A DNA stretch of 61,485 bases, filler included, from Mustelus asterias (lineage: Eukaryota): assembly GCF_964213995.1 (NCBI RefSeq). It is 3 parts of 3 records of this genome, joined end to end, with 100 filler letters (N's around TTAATTAATTAA, not from the genome) between each part and the next. Parts side by side here need not be neighbours in the genome. Positions count along the whole stretch, not along the records: positions 22,894 to 53,297 come from NW_027591989.1; 2 more parts are not named here. One strand, given 5' to 3'. Both the position numbers and the translations under genes were made by a program. Positions 37,201-49,935 of the stretch are shown in pieces (position 1 is the first letter of the stretch; the number at the start of each line of letters is the position of its first letter). The notes under the pieces were generated by a model. That model did not search any database. It was not told where the DNA came from and saw only the letters and a list, made by a program, of their open reading frames with translations.

Positions 37201-40200
37201 TACGCATCCCAGGACACTAAGGGGCAGTTTTAGCATGGCCAATCAACCTAACCCGCACATCTTTGGACTGTGGGAGGAAACCGGAGCACCCGGAGGAAAC
37301 CCACGCAAGCACGAGGAGAATGTGCAAACTCCACACAGACAGTGACCCAAGCCGGGAATCGGACCCAGGTCCCTGGAGCTGTGAAGCAGCAGTGCTAACC
37401 ACTGTGCTACCGTGCTATTTAATTTAAACATTTTCTGGTATTTTAATATATTTCTCTCTCTTTTACCCAAGAATTAATATTTAGATTTTACTGAGAGATT
37501 GTGTAACTGAGAAAGGGGAATCCTGGGCTCTTGTGCTATTTAATTTCAACATTTTCTTGTATTTAAATTAATTATATTCTATCTCTTCCCAAGGAATTCA
37601 TGTTTAGTTAAACAATCTCTCAGTGAAATCTTAGAGGGGGGAATCCTGGGCTCTTGTGCTATTTAATTTAAACATTTTCTTGTACTTTAATTAATTATTT
37701 TCTCTTCTCCCCAGGAATTTGAATTTTGAAGACTGCAATGTGACTCAGAATCCTTGGACAAGGGGCTTTTCTCCAGAGGAGGATGGATGGACTGAGGCCT
37801 GTTCTATAGGCCGCATGTGAGTCGTCGTCTCTTTATTACAGGGATGGGAGACAGACCGCTGTTCCTAATTGTTGAATAAAATTCACAGAGGCCTTTACAA
37901 TTCAGTTTTCAGAAGTTCAAAATTTCATTTCGTCCTCTCTGCAGCTTTTCCCCCATTCTGTCTATTTCCTCTCTGCTTTCTCTCTCTCCATCCCTTTCCT
38001 TCCTCTATCTGTCTCTCTTTTTTATTCCCTCTCTCTCTCCCTCTTTTTCCCAGGAAATAATATTTTGTTGGACAATCTGTCAGTAAAATCTGAGAAGGGG
38101 GAATCTTGGGCTCTTGTGCTATTTAATTTAAACATTTTCTGGTATTTTAATATATTTCTCTCTCTTTTACCCAAGAATTAATATTTAGATTTTACTGAGA
38201 GATTGTGTAACTGAGAAAGGGGAATCCTGGTCTCTTGTGCTATTAAATTTAAACATTTTCTTGTATTTAAATTAATTATATTCGATCTCTTCCCAAGGAA
38301 TTAATATTTAGTTGGACAATCTCTCAGTGAAATCTTAGCTCTTGTGCTAAACATTTTCTTGTATTTTAATTAATTATTTTCTCTTCTCCCCAGGAATTTG
38401 AATTTTGAAGACTGCAATGTGACTCAGAATCCTTGGACAAGGGGCTTTTCTCCAGAGGAGGATGGATGGACTGAGGCCTGTTCTATAGGCTTCAAGTGAG
38501 TTGTCGTCTCTTTATTACCCTGATCCAGGTTTAATTTTAATCTCGCTTTCTTGGACGAACCAGTTCTGGTTCGATTGTGGGATGGGGTGGGGTGGAGTTT
38601 AAAACCCTGGGGTTAAAATATCCCGGCTTTGCAATTAGTCACAAACAGGTTAACCCTTTGCTGGGTGGCAAAGAGTAAATTAAATATCTGTAATATGAAA
38701 CTGTCTAAAAGTTTGATGCAAATCCAAAATAACAGGGGTGGGAGAGAGTGATTTACCCGAATGTTAAATAAGATTCACAGAGGACATTACAATTCAATTT
38801 TCTGAAGTTCAGCCTTTACATTTATCTTCCCCTCTGCAGCTTTCTTCCCCATTCTATTTCGCTCTGCTTTTCTCTCTGTCTCTCTCTCCAGTATTTTTCC
38901 CCTATCTTCAGCTTTCTCTCCCTTCCTGTTTCTTTCCCCCTCTCGAGCATTCTTCCATATCTGTCCATCACTCACCAGAATGTCTCTCTCTCCCTCTCGA
39001 GCATTCTTCCATATCTGTCTATCACTCTCCAGAATGTCTCTCTCTCTCTCTCTCTCGAGCGTTCTTCCATATCTGTCCATCACTCTCCAGAATGTCTCTC
39101 TCTCTCTCTCTCGAGCATTCTTCCATATCTGTCTATCACTCTCCAGAATGTCTCTCTCTGGCTCCATCTTCCTTTGTGTCTCTTTAAACCTTTAATCAAC
39201 AAAAACTGTGTTATTGTAAACAGGGAGACAGGAATATGGCATCGCTCATTTCAATGCAGAGTACATGAGAGAGAGGGAAAGAAACAGCTATGGACAGAGA
39301 CAACGAGTGAGAAAGAGAGGGGACAGGGACAAGGATCTAGACAGGAACATCCATCTTTACACTGAGTGAGAGAGACAGGAGCAGAGGGAGAAAAGAGAGG
39401 GAGATAGTGAAAGGGAGATGGAGGGAGTTGTAGAAACCAATCCCGGGAGGGCGATTTTAAAAAGTGTCCCGAAGGAATCAGCAGCCCCTTCCCAAACTGA
39501 AAGAGGGAGATGAGCAGCTCCTGGAGTCTGAGAGGGAGACAGGGATGGACTGGGGGGTTGTGGATATTTGAATTCAGTTTTAGGAGATTCTGTTTGTAGA
39601 TTTCTCTCTCTCTGTTCATGCCTGTTCTGATGTTTCTGAGAGATTGTGTAACTGAGAAGGGGGAATCCTGCGTTTCGGTGAGATTTAATTCAAATGGTTT
39701 CTTGTATTTAATTAATTTTCTCTCTCTTTTCCCCAAGAATTCATATCTAGTTAGACAATCTCTCAGTAAAATCTGAGAAGGGGAATCCTGGGCTCTTGTG
39801 CTATTTATTTTAAATATTTTCTGGTACTTTAATTATTTTCTCTCCCTTTTCCCCAAGAATTAATATTTAGATTTTACTGAGAGATTGTGTAACTGAGAAG
39901 GGGGAATCCTGGGCTCTTGTGCAATTTAATTTAAACATTTTCTTGTATTTTAATTAATTATTTTCTCTTCTCCCCAGGGATTTGAATTTTGAAGACTGCA
40001 ACGGGACTCGGAATCCTTGGACAAGGGGCTTTTCTCCAGAGGAGGATGGATGGACTGAAGCCTGTTCTATAGGCCGCATGTGAGTTGTCTCTTTATTAAC
40101 CTGATCCAGGTTTAATTTTAATCTCGCTTCCTCGGATGAACCAGTTCTGGTCGATTGTGGGGTGTGGGGGGCTGGAGTTTGAAACCCTGGGGTTAAAATA

Positions 40201-40560
40201 TCCCGGCTTTGCAATTAGTCGCAAACACGTTAACCCTTTGGTGGGTGGCAGAGTAAATTATGTATGAAACTGTCTATAAGTTTGCTTTAAATCTAAAATA
40301 ACAGGGGTCGGAGACAGAGCAATGAACCTAATTGTTGAATAAAATTCACAGAGGCCTTTACAATTCAGTTAACAGATGTTCAGATTTTCATTTCATCCTC
40401 TCCACAGCTTTTCCCCCATTCTGTCTATTTCTCTCTGCTTTTCTCTCCATTTCCTTCCTCTATCTGCCTCTCTTTATTCTCTCTCACTCCCTCTTTTTCC
40501 CAGGAATTAATATTTAGTTGGACAATCTCTCAGTAAAACCTGGAAAGGGGCAATCCTGGG
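34300..40560 (+). repeat. Complex tandem duplication array carrying repeated 102-nt exon-like cassettes
   Basis: Cassettes at 34819-34920, 35743-35844, 37715-37816, 38394-38495 and 39978-40079. A 5'-truncated copy ends at 36560 and a diverged copy lies at 34303-34427. They are separated by ~120-bp AT-rich subrepeats. Confidence 0.9.
37072..37414 (-). mobile_element. Near full-length young HE1-type SINE inserted into one array unit
   Basis: It interrupts gggctctt|gtgctatttaattt, which is intact in sister units. Confidence 0.92.
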
Positions 40561-42289
40561 ATTTTGTGCTGTGTAATTTTCATTCTGGGTGTCCCGGGGG
40601 GGTTTGATTTCACTGTCTCAGCCCCTCTCTGCCTCACTCTCTCTCTCTCTCTGTATAAACTTTTCCCAAATTACAAAACTCTCAACACAGCTGACTGCAC
40701 CTTGTGGGATCTTGCTGGGGATTTTGTTTTAAAAAGGGGTGTTTTCTCAGAGGCAGTTTAAACCTTTCAGGGGACTGCGGGGAAGTCTCCAGACTTGGGA
40801 CAACACACACACAGGGTTGGGGGCTGGGGTTGGCGGGCGGGGAGGTGGGCAGTCAGGTATACTGGTATTCTGGGAGACTGATATTCCCAACAAGGGCCAG
40901 AGGTCTCAGTGCTGAAACATATTAAACTGTTCAAACAGAGGCAGGCAGAAAGCCATGAGGCTTCAGAGCTCCCTGTAGATGCAAAGGTAACTCTGTCAAA
41001 AAGTAGCCACATGTGAAGTGGAAACACCTTCCCTCAGCTTGTTACACACTGACCTTTCCACAACCCCAACATGTTTACAAACACTCGCTGCAGTTTCTGC
41101 AAACTTTGTATCAAACTGCCTCCCACTCTGCTCAATACTGACCCCCTCTCAACCTGGCACTGAACTAGTGTCTGAATTGAGACAGAGACACAGAGACAGA
41201 GGTTTTAAAGTTGAAAGTTTTAAAGTTTGATTATTAGTGTCACAAGTAAGGCTTACATTAACACTGCAATGAAGTGACTGAGAGAGACAGAGACACACAG
41301 AGACATAGATAAAGAGACAGAAAGAGACAGAGAGGATATTTAAAGTTTGTTTATTCGTGTCACAAGTAAGGCTTACATTAACGCTGCAGTTACTGAGAGA
41401 GACAGAAAGAGAGAGTTTTTAAAGTTGAAAGATTTAAAGTTTATTTCTTAGTGTCACAAGGCTTACATTAACACTGCAATGAAGTTAGTGAGAAAGACAG
41501 AGATAGAGGGAGCATCCAGAGTGGGTTCAGTAACACATTTATTGATCAGATATCTCTCTCTGTGACTCTTTAGCGATGAGATATTCAGCCAGGATGGTTT
41601 CACTGACCCTCTTCAGCAGGCAGATATTCCCAAATCCAGCCTAGGTCTCAGACACACACACACACCACTCACACATTCCCTCTGCTCTGTCCAAGGGAAT
41701 ATTTTAATCCAGGAATTTCTATTTTATATTTACAGGGTGAGGGGGGGGGAGAAACTCAACTCAAAAATCCTGCAGTCTCTCCAAGCTGCTTTTAAATTTC
41801 AATTCAAACCCTGGGCCACATGGGAAGCTGCAGAGATTGGGAAACTTACCAAACCCAGTTTGTGTGTGTGAGTGTCTGCAGCTTTTGTGTCTTTGAACTT
41901 GCGAGGGTGCCAGGGAGAGAATGTCACTGTCTTCACCTCTCTCTCTGCCTCTCTGTATAAAAAAATCACCAAATTAAACCACACTCAATAATGCGACCAT
42001 ACACAATTAATTATCAAATATCTGTCTCTCTCGCTTTATCTCTGTCTCTCCCCGTCTCTCTCTCTCCCTGTCCTCTCTCTCCCTGTCTCTTCTCGAGCAG
42101 AAACAGATGGAGACAGAGAGGCAGGGAGAGAGAGGAAGAGGGAGGGATGGAAACAGCTGGAGTTGTGGGTTAGATGCAGGGGGAGAGACACAGGCTGTTA
42201 GAGGGAGGGGGGGTTTCAGTGAGGGACAGGGTCTCCAGTTTAATTCTGAGGGTCCTGAGAGAGGGATTTCACTCTCTCAGCCCCTCTCT

Positions 42290-45200
42290 GGCTCCCTCAC
42301 TCTGTATAAACAATTCCCAAATGTAAAAAATGCTCAACACAGCTGACTGCACTTTGTGGGATCTTGCTGTGCACCACAGGGATTTTAGTTTTAAAAAGGG
42401 TTACTTTTAAGAGGGAGTTCCGGCCTTTCTGGAGATTTGGGATGATGCAGACACACACACAGACACACACAGGGTAGTGAGTGGGGAAGGGGGCTCACAG
42501 CAGGCAAGAGAGTGGGGGAGGGGTGGGGGGAGGACTGTGTCCCATCTGATTCAGGTTCACATTGCTGCTGCTACTGTGGGATCTTGCTGTGCACACACTG
42601 GGCCTGTGGCCTTTGCCTGCACAGCAACAGCGCCCACACTTTTTATTTTCAAACAAAATCTGGCTCAGGGACCGCAAAGTGGGTTCAAGGAAAAAGCTTG
42701 AAAAGGGGTCGGGTAAATTCAAGCACTTTAATCACCGAGGCATCGTAGGCTCTTGAGCAAGTGCTGGGGAATGGGAGGAGGATAGATTGGGATTTGATGG
42801 CCAGCATGGAGCTGGTGGGCCGAAGGGCCTGTTTCTGTGCTGTGTGACTCCAGATTCTTTTCTCTCTCTCTTTTCCCAGGAATTTCTATTTGGATGGGGG
42901 GGGGGGGGTATAGAATTTCTCTGTCTCTCCAGTGTTCTTACCAATCCCAGCACCCCTCCCCTCTCTCTCTCCCCAGACATTCCTGTCTATATTTCATCTT
43001 TCAATAAAATGTTTAAGAAAACACCAATGTGAATTGTTGTCAATTTAATTTGGGAAGAGAGAGAGAGAGAGAGAGGAGTGGATCCCATTTCCCACACACT
43101 CTCCTGCAGTCCTCACCCACAACATTTATTTAATCTGGCCCTCACCAGGTTGTGTGTGTGTGGGATCTTGCTGTGCACACAGGTGGGTCTGGCTCCCTAT
43201 TCCTCGCACTGTGACCGTGAGCAGAACTTTAAACAGGAAAGATGTTGGGGAGGCGGAGGAGGCAGAGAGAGAGACATAGAAATGGAGGGAGAGCTAAACA
43301 GAGAGGGTGTGGGGGGGAGGGGTGTGAGAGGGTCTCAGGAGGGGCAGGGGGAAAGAGACACAGAGTCTGGGGCTGCCCTCCTCCATCGTGGGACTGGCAG
43401 TGGGATCTTGCTGTGCAGAATTACCTTCATTGTCATTTGAATCATTCATTCATTGACTAAGGGAGGGTGGGGGTGTGATTGTGGGATTATAAATATTGTT
43501 ACCACGCTGAGGTGATGTTTCCCTCTGCGCTATTTTGTAACCCCCCCAAAGAGATACACCTTGCCTCGTAATCTTAAGTGTGTGTGAGACAGGAGGAAGC
43601 TACTGGTTTTAGACAGATGTGCAGAAGGAGGTCATTCGGCCCATCTAGTCTGTACCGACCACAATCCCAACCAGGCCCTATTCCCATGACCCCACACTTT
43701 TAACCTGCTAATCCCCCTGACACTAGGGTCAATTTAACACGGCCAATCCACCGAACCCGCACAGCTTTGTGCTGTCGGAGGAATTGGTAAATTAAAGCAG
43801 GATCTGACACTCTCTGTATCAGGAACAACTAACAGGTCTTTAATTTAGACTGGGTGACAACCTTATTAAAACAATGAACAAACTGAATAAACTCCCCAGT
43901 AGAATGCTGTTCCAATGACAAGACTCACTCAGGAACAATGAAATAAATCATTACAGAATAGAGTCACTCTCAAATAATATAATACCAGGCGTCTGTTGGA
44001 AGTGTGAACTTGCTTCTGCTGCTTGGGTCTGGAATACTTTCTGAGTTGGTTTCTGCTTCTATTTAGATGGTGATGTGATGAAGCTGTATATATTACTGCA
44101 GGATTCAGTATCAGACTCTCCCTCCTTCAATCTAAAGAGGCAGCAAGGTCGCTCCCTCCCCGTTATTTCCCCCTGTCCCGGGTTTAAATACCCAGAATTT
44201 CCTCACAGTATTCCTGCAATTTGAGTGGCTTGAGGCTGTCACCAACGCTCCAATTTGAATGCAATTGGTTGTGTGTGTTTGAGAGCTTGTTTTAAAATCA
44301 TTGACCCAATTCAAAGCCTGTTTTGCTCTCTGGAAGGGGACAGGGGGTGGGGGAAGCACAGGTTACCTTTTCCCCCCTCCCTCCTCCCAGGCCCTGTCCG
44401 GGAGGTTTCGGGGCTGGAGGGGATTGTTCTGGTGAACTGGCCGGGGCCTGGGGAACCTGTTCTTTGTCCAGGATGTATAATGCAGCCTCTGTGACCAGGC
44501 CTCAATCCCAGGCCTAACCTCAGGAAGGCTTTTGCATTTTGCTCCTTTTCCAAACAGTGCCTGTGTTTAAATCGATGGGACTCGACGGTCGAATAAAACC
44601 TGCAGCAGCCACTTTAATACAAAGAACAGCACAGCACAGGAACAGGTCCTTTGGCCCTCCAAGCCTGCGCCGATCATGTTTACCTATCGAGACCAATGGC
44701 CTGTATCCCTCTCTACCCCGTTTGTTCATGTGTCTATCCAGATAAGTCTTAAATGTCACTAATGTATCTGCCCCAACCACCTCACTTGGCAGCGCATTCC
44801 AGGCCCCCACCACCCTCTGTGTAAAAACCTTCCCCGCACATCTCCACTCAACCTTTCCCCCCTTATCTTGAACTTGTTCCCCCTTGTAATTATCATTTCT
44901 GTCCTGGCAAAAAGCTCCCAACTGTTTATCCTCGCCACACCCCTCATAATTTTATAAACTTCCCGCTGGTCGTCCCTCAGCCTCCGTCTTTCCAGGGAGA
45001 ACAATCCCAGTTTATTCAATCAATCCTCACAGCCAATACCCTCCATACCAGGCAACATCCTGGTCAACCCTTTCATTGGATTTGGGATGTGATTGTGGGT
45101 TTTCCTGCTATATCTCTTTCTCTTCAATCTTTCTCCCGTGATTGTGAGTTATCAGGGAGGGAGAGAGAGAGAAAGGGATGGTAACAGAGAGAGAGAGAGA

Positions 45201-48200
45201 GAGAGAGGGCAAAGGCAGAGGGGCAGGGAGAGGAGAGAGATTGGAGGGGAGTGGGTTAGAGGGGGGGGGGGTGGGGGGGGGAGCCTCCGCTGTGCACTCA
45301 CAGCCCAGCCAGCTCCCCAGTCTCTGGTTCGGTGCATTAACCCACTCTGGTGCATTAACAGGCGCCAGAGTGTGGCGACTAGGAGAATTTCACAGTAACT
45401 TCATTGCAGTGTTAATGTAAGCCTTACTTGTGACTAAGAAATAAACTTTACTTTACTCTGAGATAAAGACCCTCACTCACAGCCTCCCAGAAGGTGGGAT
45501 TTAGAAACAGCGACTGTGTAACTGAGGCTGAATCTGTGCTGTTGTGTTTGAAAATATATTTTCCTCATATTTGATGTGTTGTAAAGATATTGGAATCTGG
45601 CTGCTGCCACATTGCAGTGAGAGAGAGATCTGGCTTTGCAGGAGGAGCTTCCCTCCCCATTTCCCCATGGAAATCACTGAGAAATAGCAAACGTGGCCCA
45701 CAACACGTCATTATTTGAAACGGTCAGACAGAAACTTATCAGAGAGAGCATTTTAATCCCCATTCATCCCCAGACGGAGAAACAGAGCAGAGATCAGGAC
45801 AGATTATCCAGAGTAGGAGAGACCGGGGCAGAGATGGGTTTGGATATATATATATATATATAGATCTGGGGGGAAAGCAAAAGAGACACAGAGGGGGCTG
45901 GACAGGTTCAGAGATAGAGGGAGAGAGAAACAGCGAGAGAAAGAGGGAATCAGAGAGAGGTGGGACTCTGCTCGAAGTGGAAGGTTCCCAGTTCAGATCG
46001 AATGTACTAACAGCACCAATGCTGGAGTGACTTATTATTTTCATTTGGGGTGGGGGAGAGATGGAGGGGAGAGAGAGGGAGACGTGTGGTTCCCTCATTT
46101 CCCACTCACTTCACCCCAATCCTCACTTCAAAATCACTTTGTATCTGGCCCTGTTCAAGCTGTGTGTGGGATCTTGCTGTGCACTCATGCTCTGTCCCCC
46201 CTGCCCCATATTCCTCACACTATGACAGAGCCCCATGCTTTAAACATGAAAAGATGGAGAGGAAGGCGGGTGGGGTAGAGAGAGAGGAACAGAGAATGGG
46301 TGGGGAGTGTGGGGGGGCTCAGTGGAGGGGGGTAGGGGGATAGAGACAGAGGCTCTGGGGGTGGGGGGGGGGGGTGTCCTCCTGCAGTGTGGGACTCCCT
46401 GTGGGATCCTGATTGCAGCATTCCCAGTCTCTCTCTCTCTCACTGTGAAGCACTCGGGAGGGAGAGGGAGCTGAAATTCAAATTCCTGAGCCTGGGGGAA
46501 AGGCTTGTTCTCAATCCCAGAGTCCTGCTTGTGTTTTTAGACAGGGCGCTGGGATCTGTGGGTGTGGCTTTCTAAAGACACAACGCTGGATGGTTCGTTT
46601 TGGTTTTCTCAGCATTTCTTTTCAATATTTACATTTCTCAAACACCACATCTTTAACCTTATATATGCAGCTTCATAACCATATTACAGAGAGACAGAGA
46701 GAAAGAGACAGAGAGGGGGGGAGAGAGAGAAAGGGAGAGAGAGACAGAGAGGGGAGAGTGAGGGAGAGCAGGAAAGGGCAGCAAGAGGTGAGGTTTGTGG
46801 GGGGTGCAGTGAGGGGGTGGGGGAAGAGACACAGGATCTGGGGGTCTCTCGTGTGGAGGGAGAGAGAGGGAGAAGTGTGGTTCCCTCATTTCCCACTCAC
46901 TTTACCCCAATCCTCATTTAAAAATCACTTTGTATCTATCTGGCCCTGCTCAGACTGTGTGTGTGGGATCTTGCTGTGCCCTCATGCTCTGTCTCCCCTC
47001 CTCATATTTCCCGCACCGTGACAGCGCCCCACATTTTAAACATAAAAAGATGGAGGGGAAGGAGGGTGGGGTAGAGAGAGGAACAGAGAAGGGGTGGGGA
47101 GTGTGGGGGGGCTCAGTGGAGGGGGGTGTAGCGGGATAGAGACAGAGGCTCTGGGGGTGGGGGGTGTCCTCCTGCAGTGTGGGACTCTCTGTGAGATCCT
47201 GATTGCAGCATTCCCAGTCNNNNNNNNNNNNNNNNNNNNNNNNNNNNNNNNNNNNNNNNNNNNNNNNNNNNNNNNNNNNNNNNNNNNNNNNNNNNNNNNN
47301 NNNNNNNNNNNNNNNNNNNNNNNNNNNNNNNNNNNNNNNNNNNNNNNNNNNNNNNNNNNNNNNNNAGAAACAGTGTGAGGGAGAGAGAGAGAAAGACAGA
47401 GAAAGATGGAGGGAGTGGGAGAGAGAGAGAGAAAGATGGACGGAGAGAGAGAAAGGCAGACAGGGAGTGAGAGAGAAAGATGGAGGGAGTGGGAGAGAGA
47501 GAGGGGGAGAGTGAGGGGGAAAACAGGAAAAGAAAGCAAGAGGTGAGGTTTGTGGGGGTGCAGTGAGGGGGTGGGGGAAGAGACACAGGATCACAGTGAC
47601 CCGAGCCGGGAATTGAACCCGGGTCCCTGGAGCTGTGAGGCAGCAGCGCCAACCACTGTGCCACTGTGTGGCCCTACAGCCTCAGCCCCTCTCTGCCTCA
47701 CTCTCCCTCTGTATAAACATTTCCCAAATTAAAACACACAACACAGCGAACTGCACCTTCTGGGATCTTCCAGAGCACCACAGAGATTGTGTTTTAAAAA
47801 GGGTTTGGCTTCGTTTTAAGAGGGACTTCAACCCTTTCTGAAAATTTGGGATGAGACACACACAGACAGATACACACACAGGCGCACGCACACACACACA
47901 CAGACACACACACACACAGGGTAGTGAGTGGGGAAGGGGGCTCACAGCAGGCGAGAGTGTTGGGTGTGTGTTGGGGAGGACTGTGTCCCATCTGATTCAG
48001 GTTCACATTGTTGCTGCTGCTGCTGTTGTTGTGGGATCTTGCTGTGCACACACAGGGCCTGTGGCCTTTGCTCGCACTGCAACAGCGACCACACTTTATT
48101 AAACAAAATCTCGCTCACGGACCGCAAAGTGGGTTCAAAGGAAAGAAAGTGGAAACGGGGTCACGTAAATTAAAGCACTTAAATCACCGAGGCATCGTAG

Positions 48201-49935
48201 GCTGTGCAGCAAGTGCTGGGGAATGGGGGGAGTATAGATTGGGATTTGACGGCCAGCATAGACCTGGTGGGCCGAAGGGCCTGTTTCTGTGCTGTGTGAC
48301 TCCAGATTCTCCTCTCTCTTTTCCCAGGAATTTCTATTTGGATGGAGGGTTCATAATTTCCCTGTCTCTGTCTCTCCAGCGTTCTTCCCAATCTCTGCAC
48401 CCCTCCCCTCTCTCTCTCCCCAGACATTCCTGTCTATATTTCACCTTTCAATCAAATGTGAAGGAAAACACCAATGTGAATTTTTTTGATTTAATTTCAG
48501 GGAGGGAAAGACAGAGAGAGAGAAAGAGAGAGACAGGGAGGGGGGGAAGGAGAGAAAGACAGAGAGAGAGAGAGAGAAAGGCAGCCGAATAAAACCTGCA
48601 GCAGCCGCTTAAATCCATCGGATTGGGGATGTGATTGTGGGTTTTCCTGCTGCATCTCTCTCTCCCATCTTTCTCCTTTGATTGTGAGTTATCAGGGAGG
48701 GAGAGAGAAAGGGAGGGTAACAGAGGGAGATCAAAGGCAGAGGGGCAGGGAGAGGAGACACACTGGAGGGGCGGGGTGGGTTCGGGGGGGGTCCTCTGCT
48801 CTGCACTCACAGCCCAGCTCCCCAGTCTCTGGGGAAAAGACCCTCACTCACACCCTCCCAGAAGGTGGGATTTGTAACCAGCGGCTGTGTGACTGAGGCT
48901 GAATCTGTGCTGTTGTGTTTGAAAAGATTTTTTCCCAATATAAAGATATTGGAATCTGGCTGCTGCCACATTGCAGTGAGAGAGAGATCTGGCTTTGCAG
49001 GAGGAGCTTCCCTCCCCATTTCCCCACGGAAATCACTGAGAAATAGCAAGCGTGGCCCACAACACGTCATTATTTGAAACGGTCAGACAGAAACTTATCA
49101 GAGAGAGCATTTTAATCCCCATTCATCCCCAGACGGGGAAACAGAGCAGAGATCAGGACAGATTATCCAGAGTAGGAGAGACCGGGGCAGAGATGGGGTT
49201 TGGATATATATAGATCTGGGGGGAAAGCAAAAGAGACACAGAGGGGGCTGGACAGGTTCAGAGATAGAGGCAGAGAAACAGGCAGAGAGAAAGAAACAGC
49301 GAGAGACAGAGGGAATGGGAGAGGTGTGACTGTGCTCGAAGTGGAAGGTTCCCTGTTCATATTGAATGTACAAACAGCCCCAATCCTGGAGTGACTTGTC
49401 ATTATTTTTATTTGGGGTGGGGGAAGAGATGGAGGGGGGGAGCAAGGGAGAGAGAGGGAGAAGTGTGGTTCCCTCATTGCCCACTCACTTTAGCCCAATC
49501 CTCACTTAAAAATCACTTTGTATCTGGCCCTGCTCAGACTGTGTGTGTGGGATCTTGCTGTGCCCTCCTCCCCGCCCCATATTCCCTGCACTGTGACAGC
49601 GCCCCACACTTTAAACATGAAAAGATGGAGAGGAAGGAGGGTGGGGTAGAGAGAGAGGAATAGAGAATGGGTGGGGAGTGTGGGGGGGCTCAGGGGAGGG
49701 GGGGTAGGGGGATAGAGACAGAGTCTCTGGGGGTGGGGGGTGTCCTCCTGCAGTGTGGGACTCCCTGTGGGATCCTGATTGCAGCATTCCCAGTCTCTCT
49801 CTCTCTCTCACTGTGAAGCACTCGGGAGGGAGAGGGAGCTGAAATTCAAATTCCTGAGCCTGGGGGGAAAGGCTTGTTCTCAATCCCAGAGTCCTGCTTG
49901 TGTTTTTAGACAGGGCGCTGGGATTTGTGGGTGTG
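42290..49935 (+). repeat. Local direct segmental duplications
   Basis: 42290-43060 resembles 47680-48500; 45076-46570 resembles 48615-49935; 46860-47220 resembles 46070-46430. Confidence 0.85.
44617..45070 (-). mobile_element. CR1-clade LINE 3' end
   Basis: LNKLGLFSLERRRLRDD...FTQRVVGAWNALP on the minus strand. It is absent from the paralogous site at ~48605. Confidence 0.9.
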
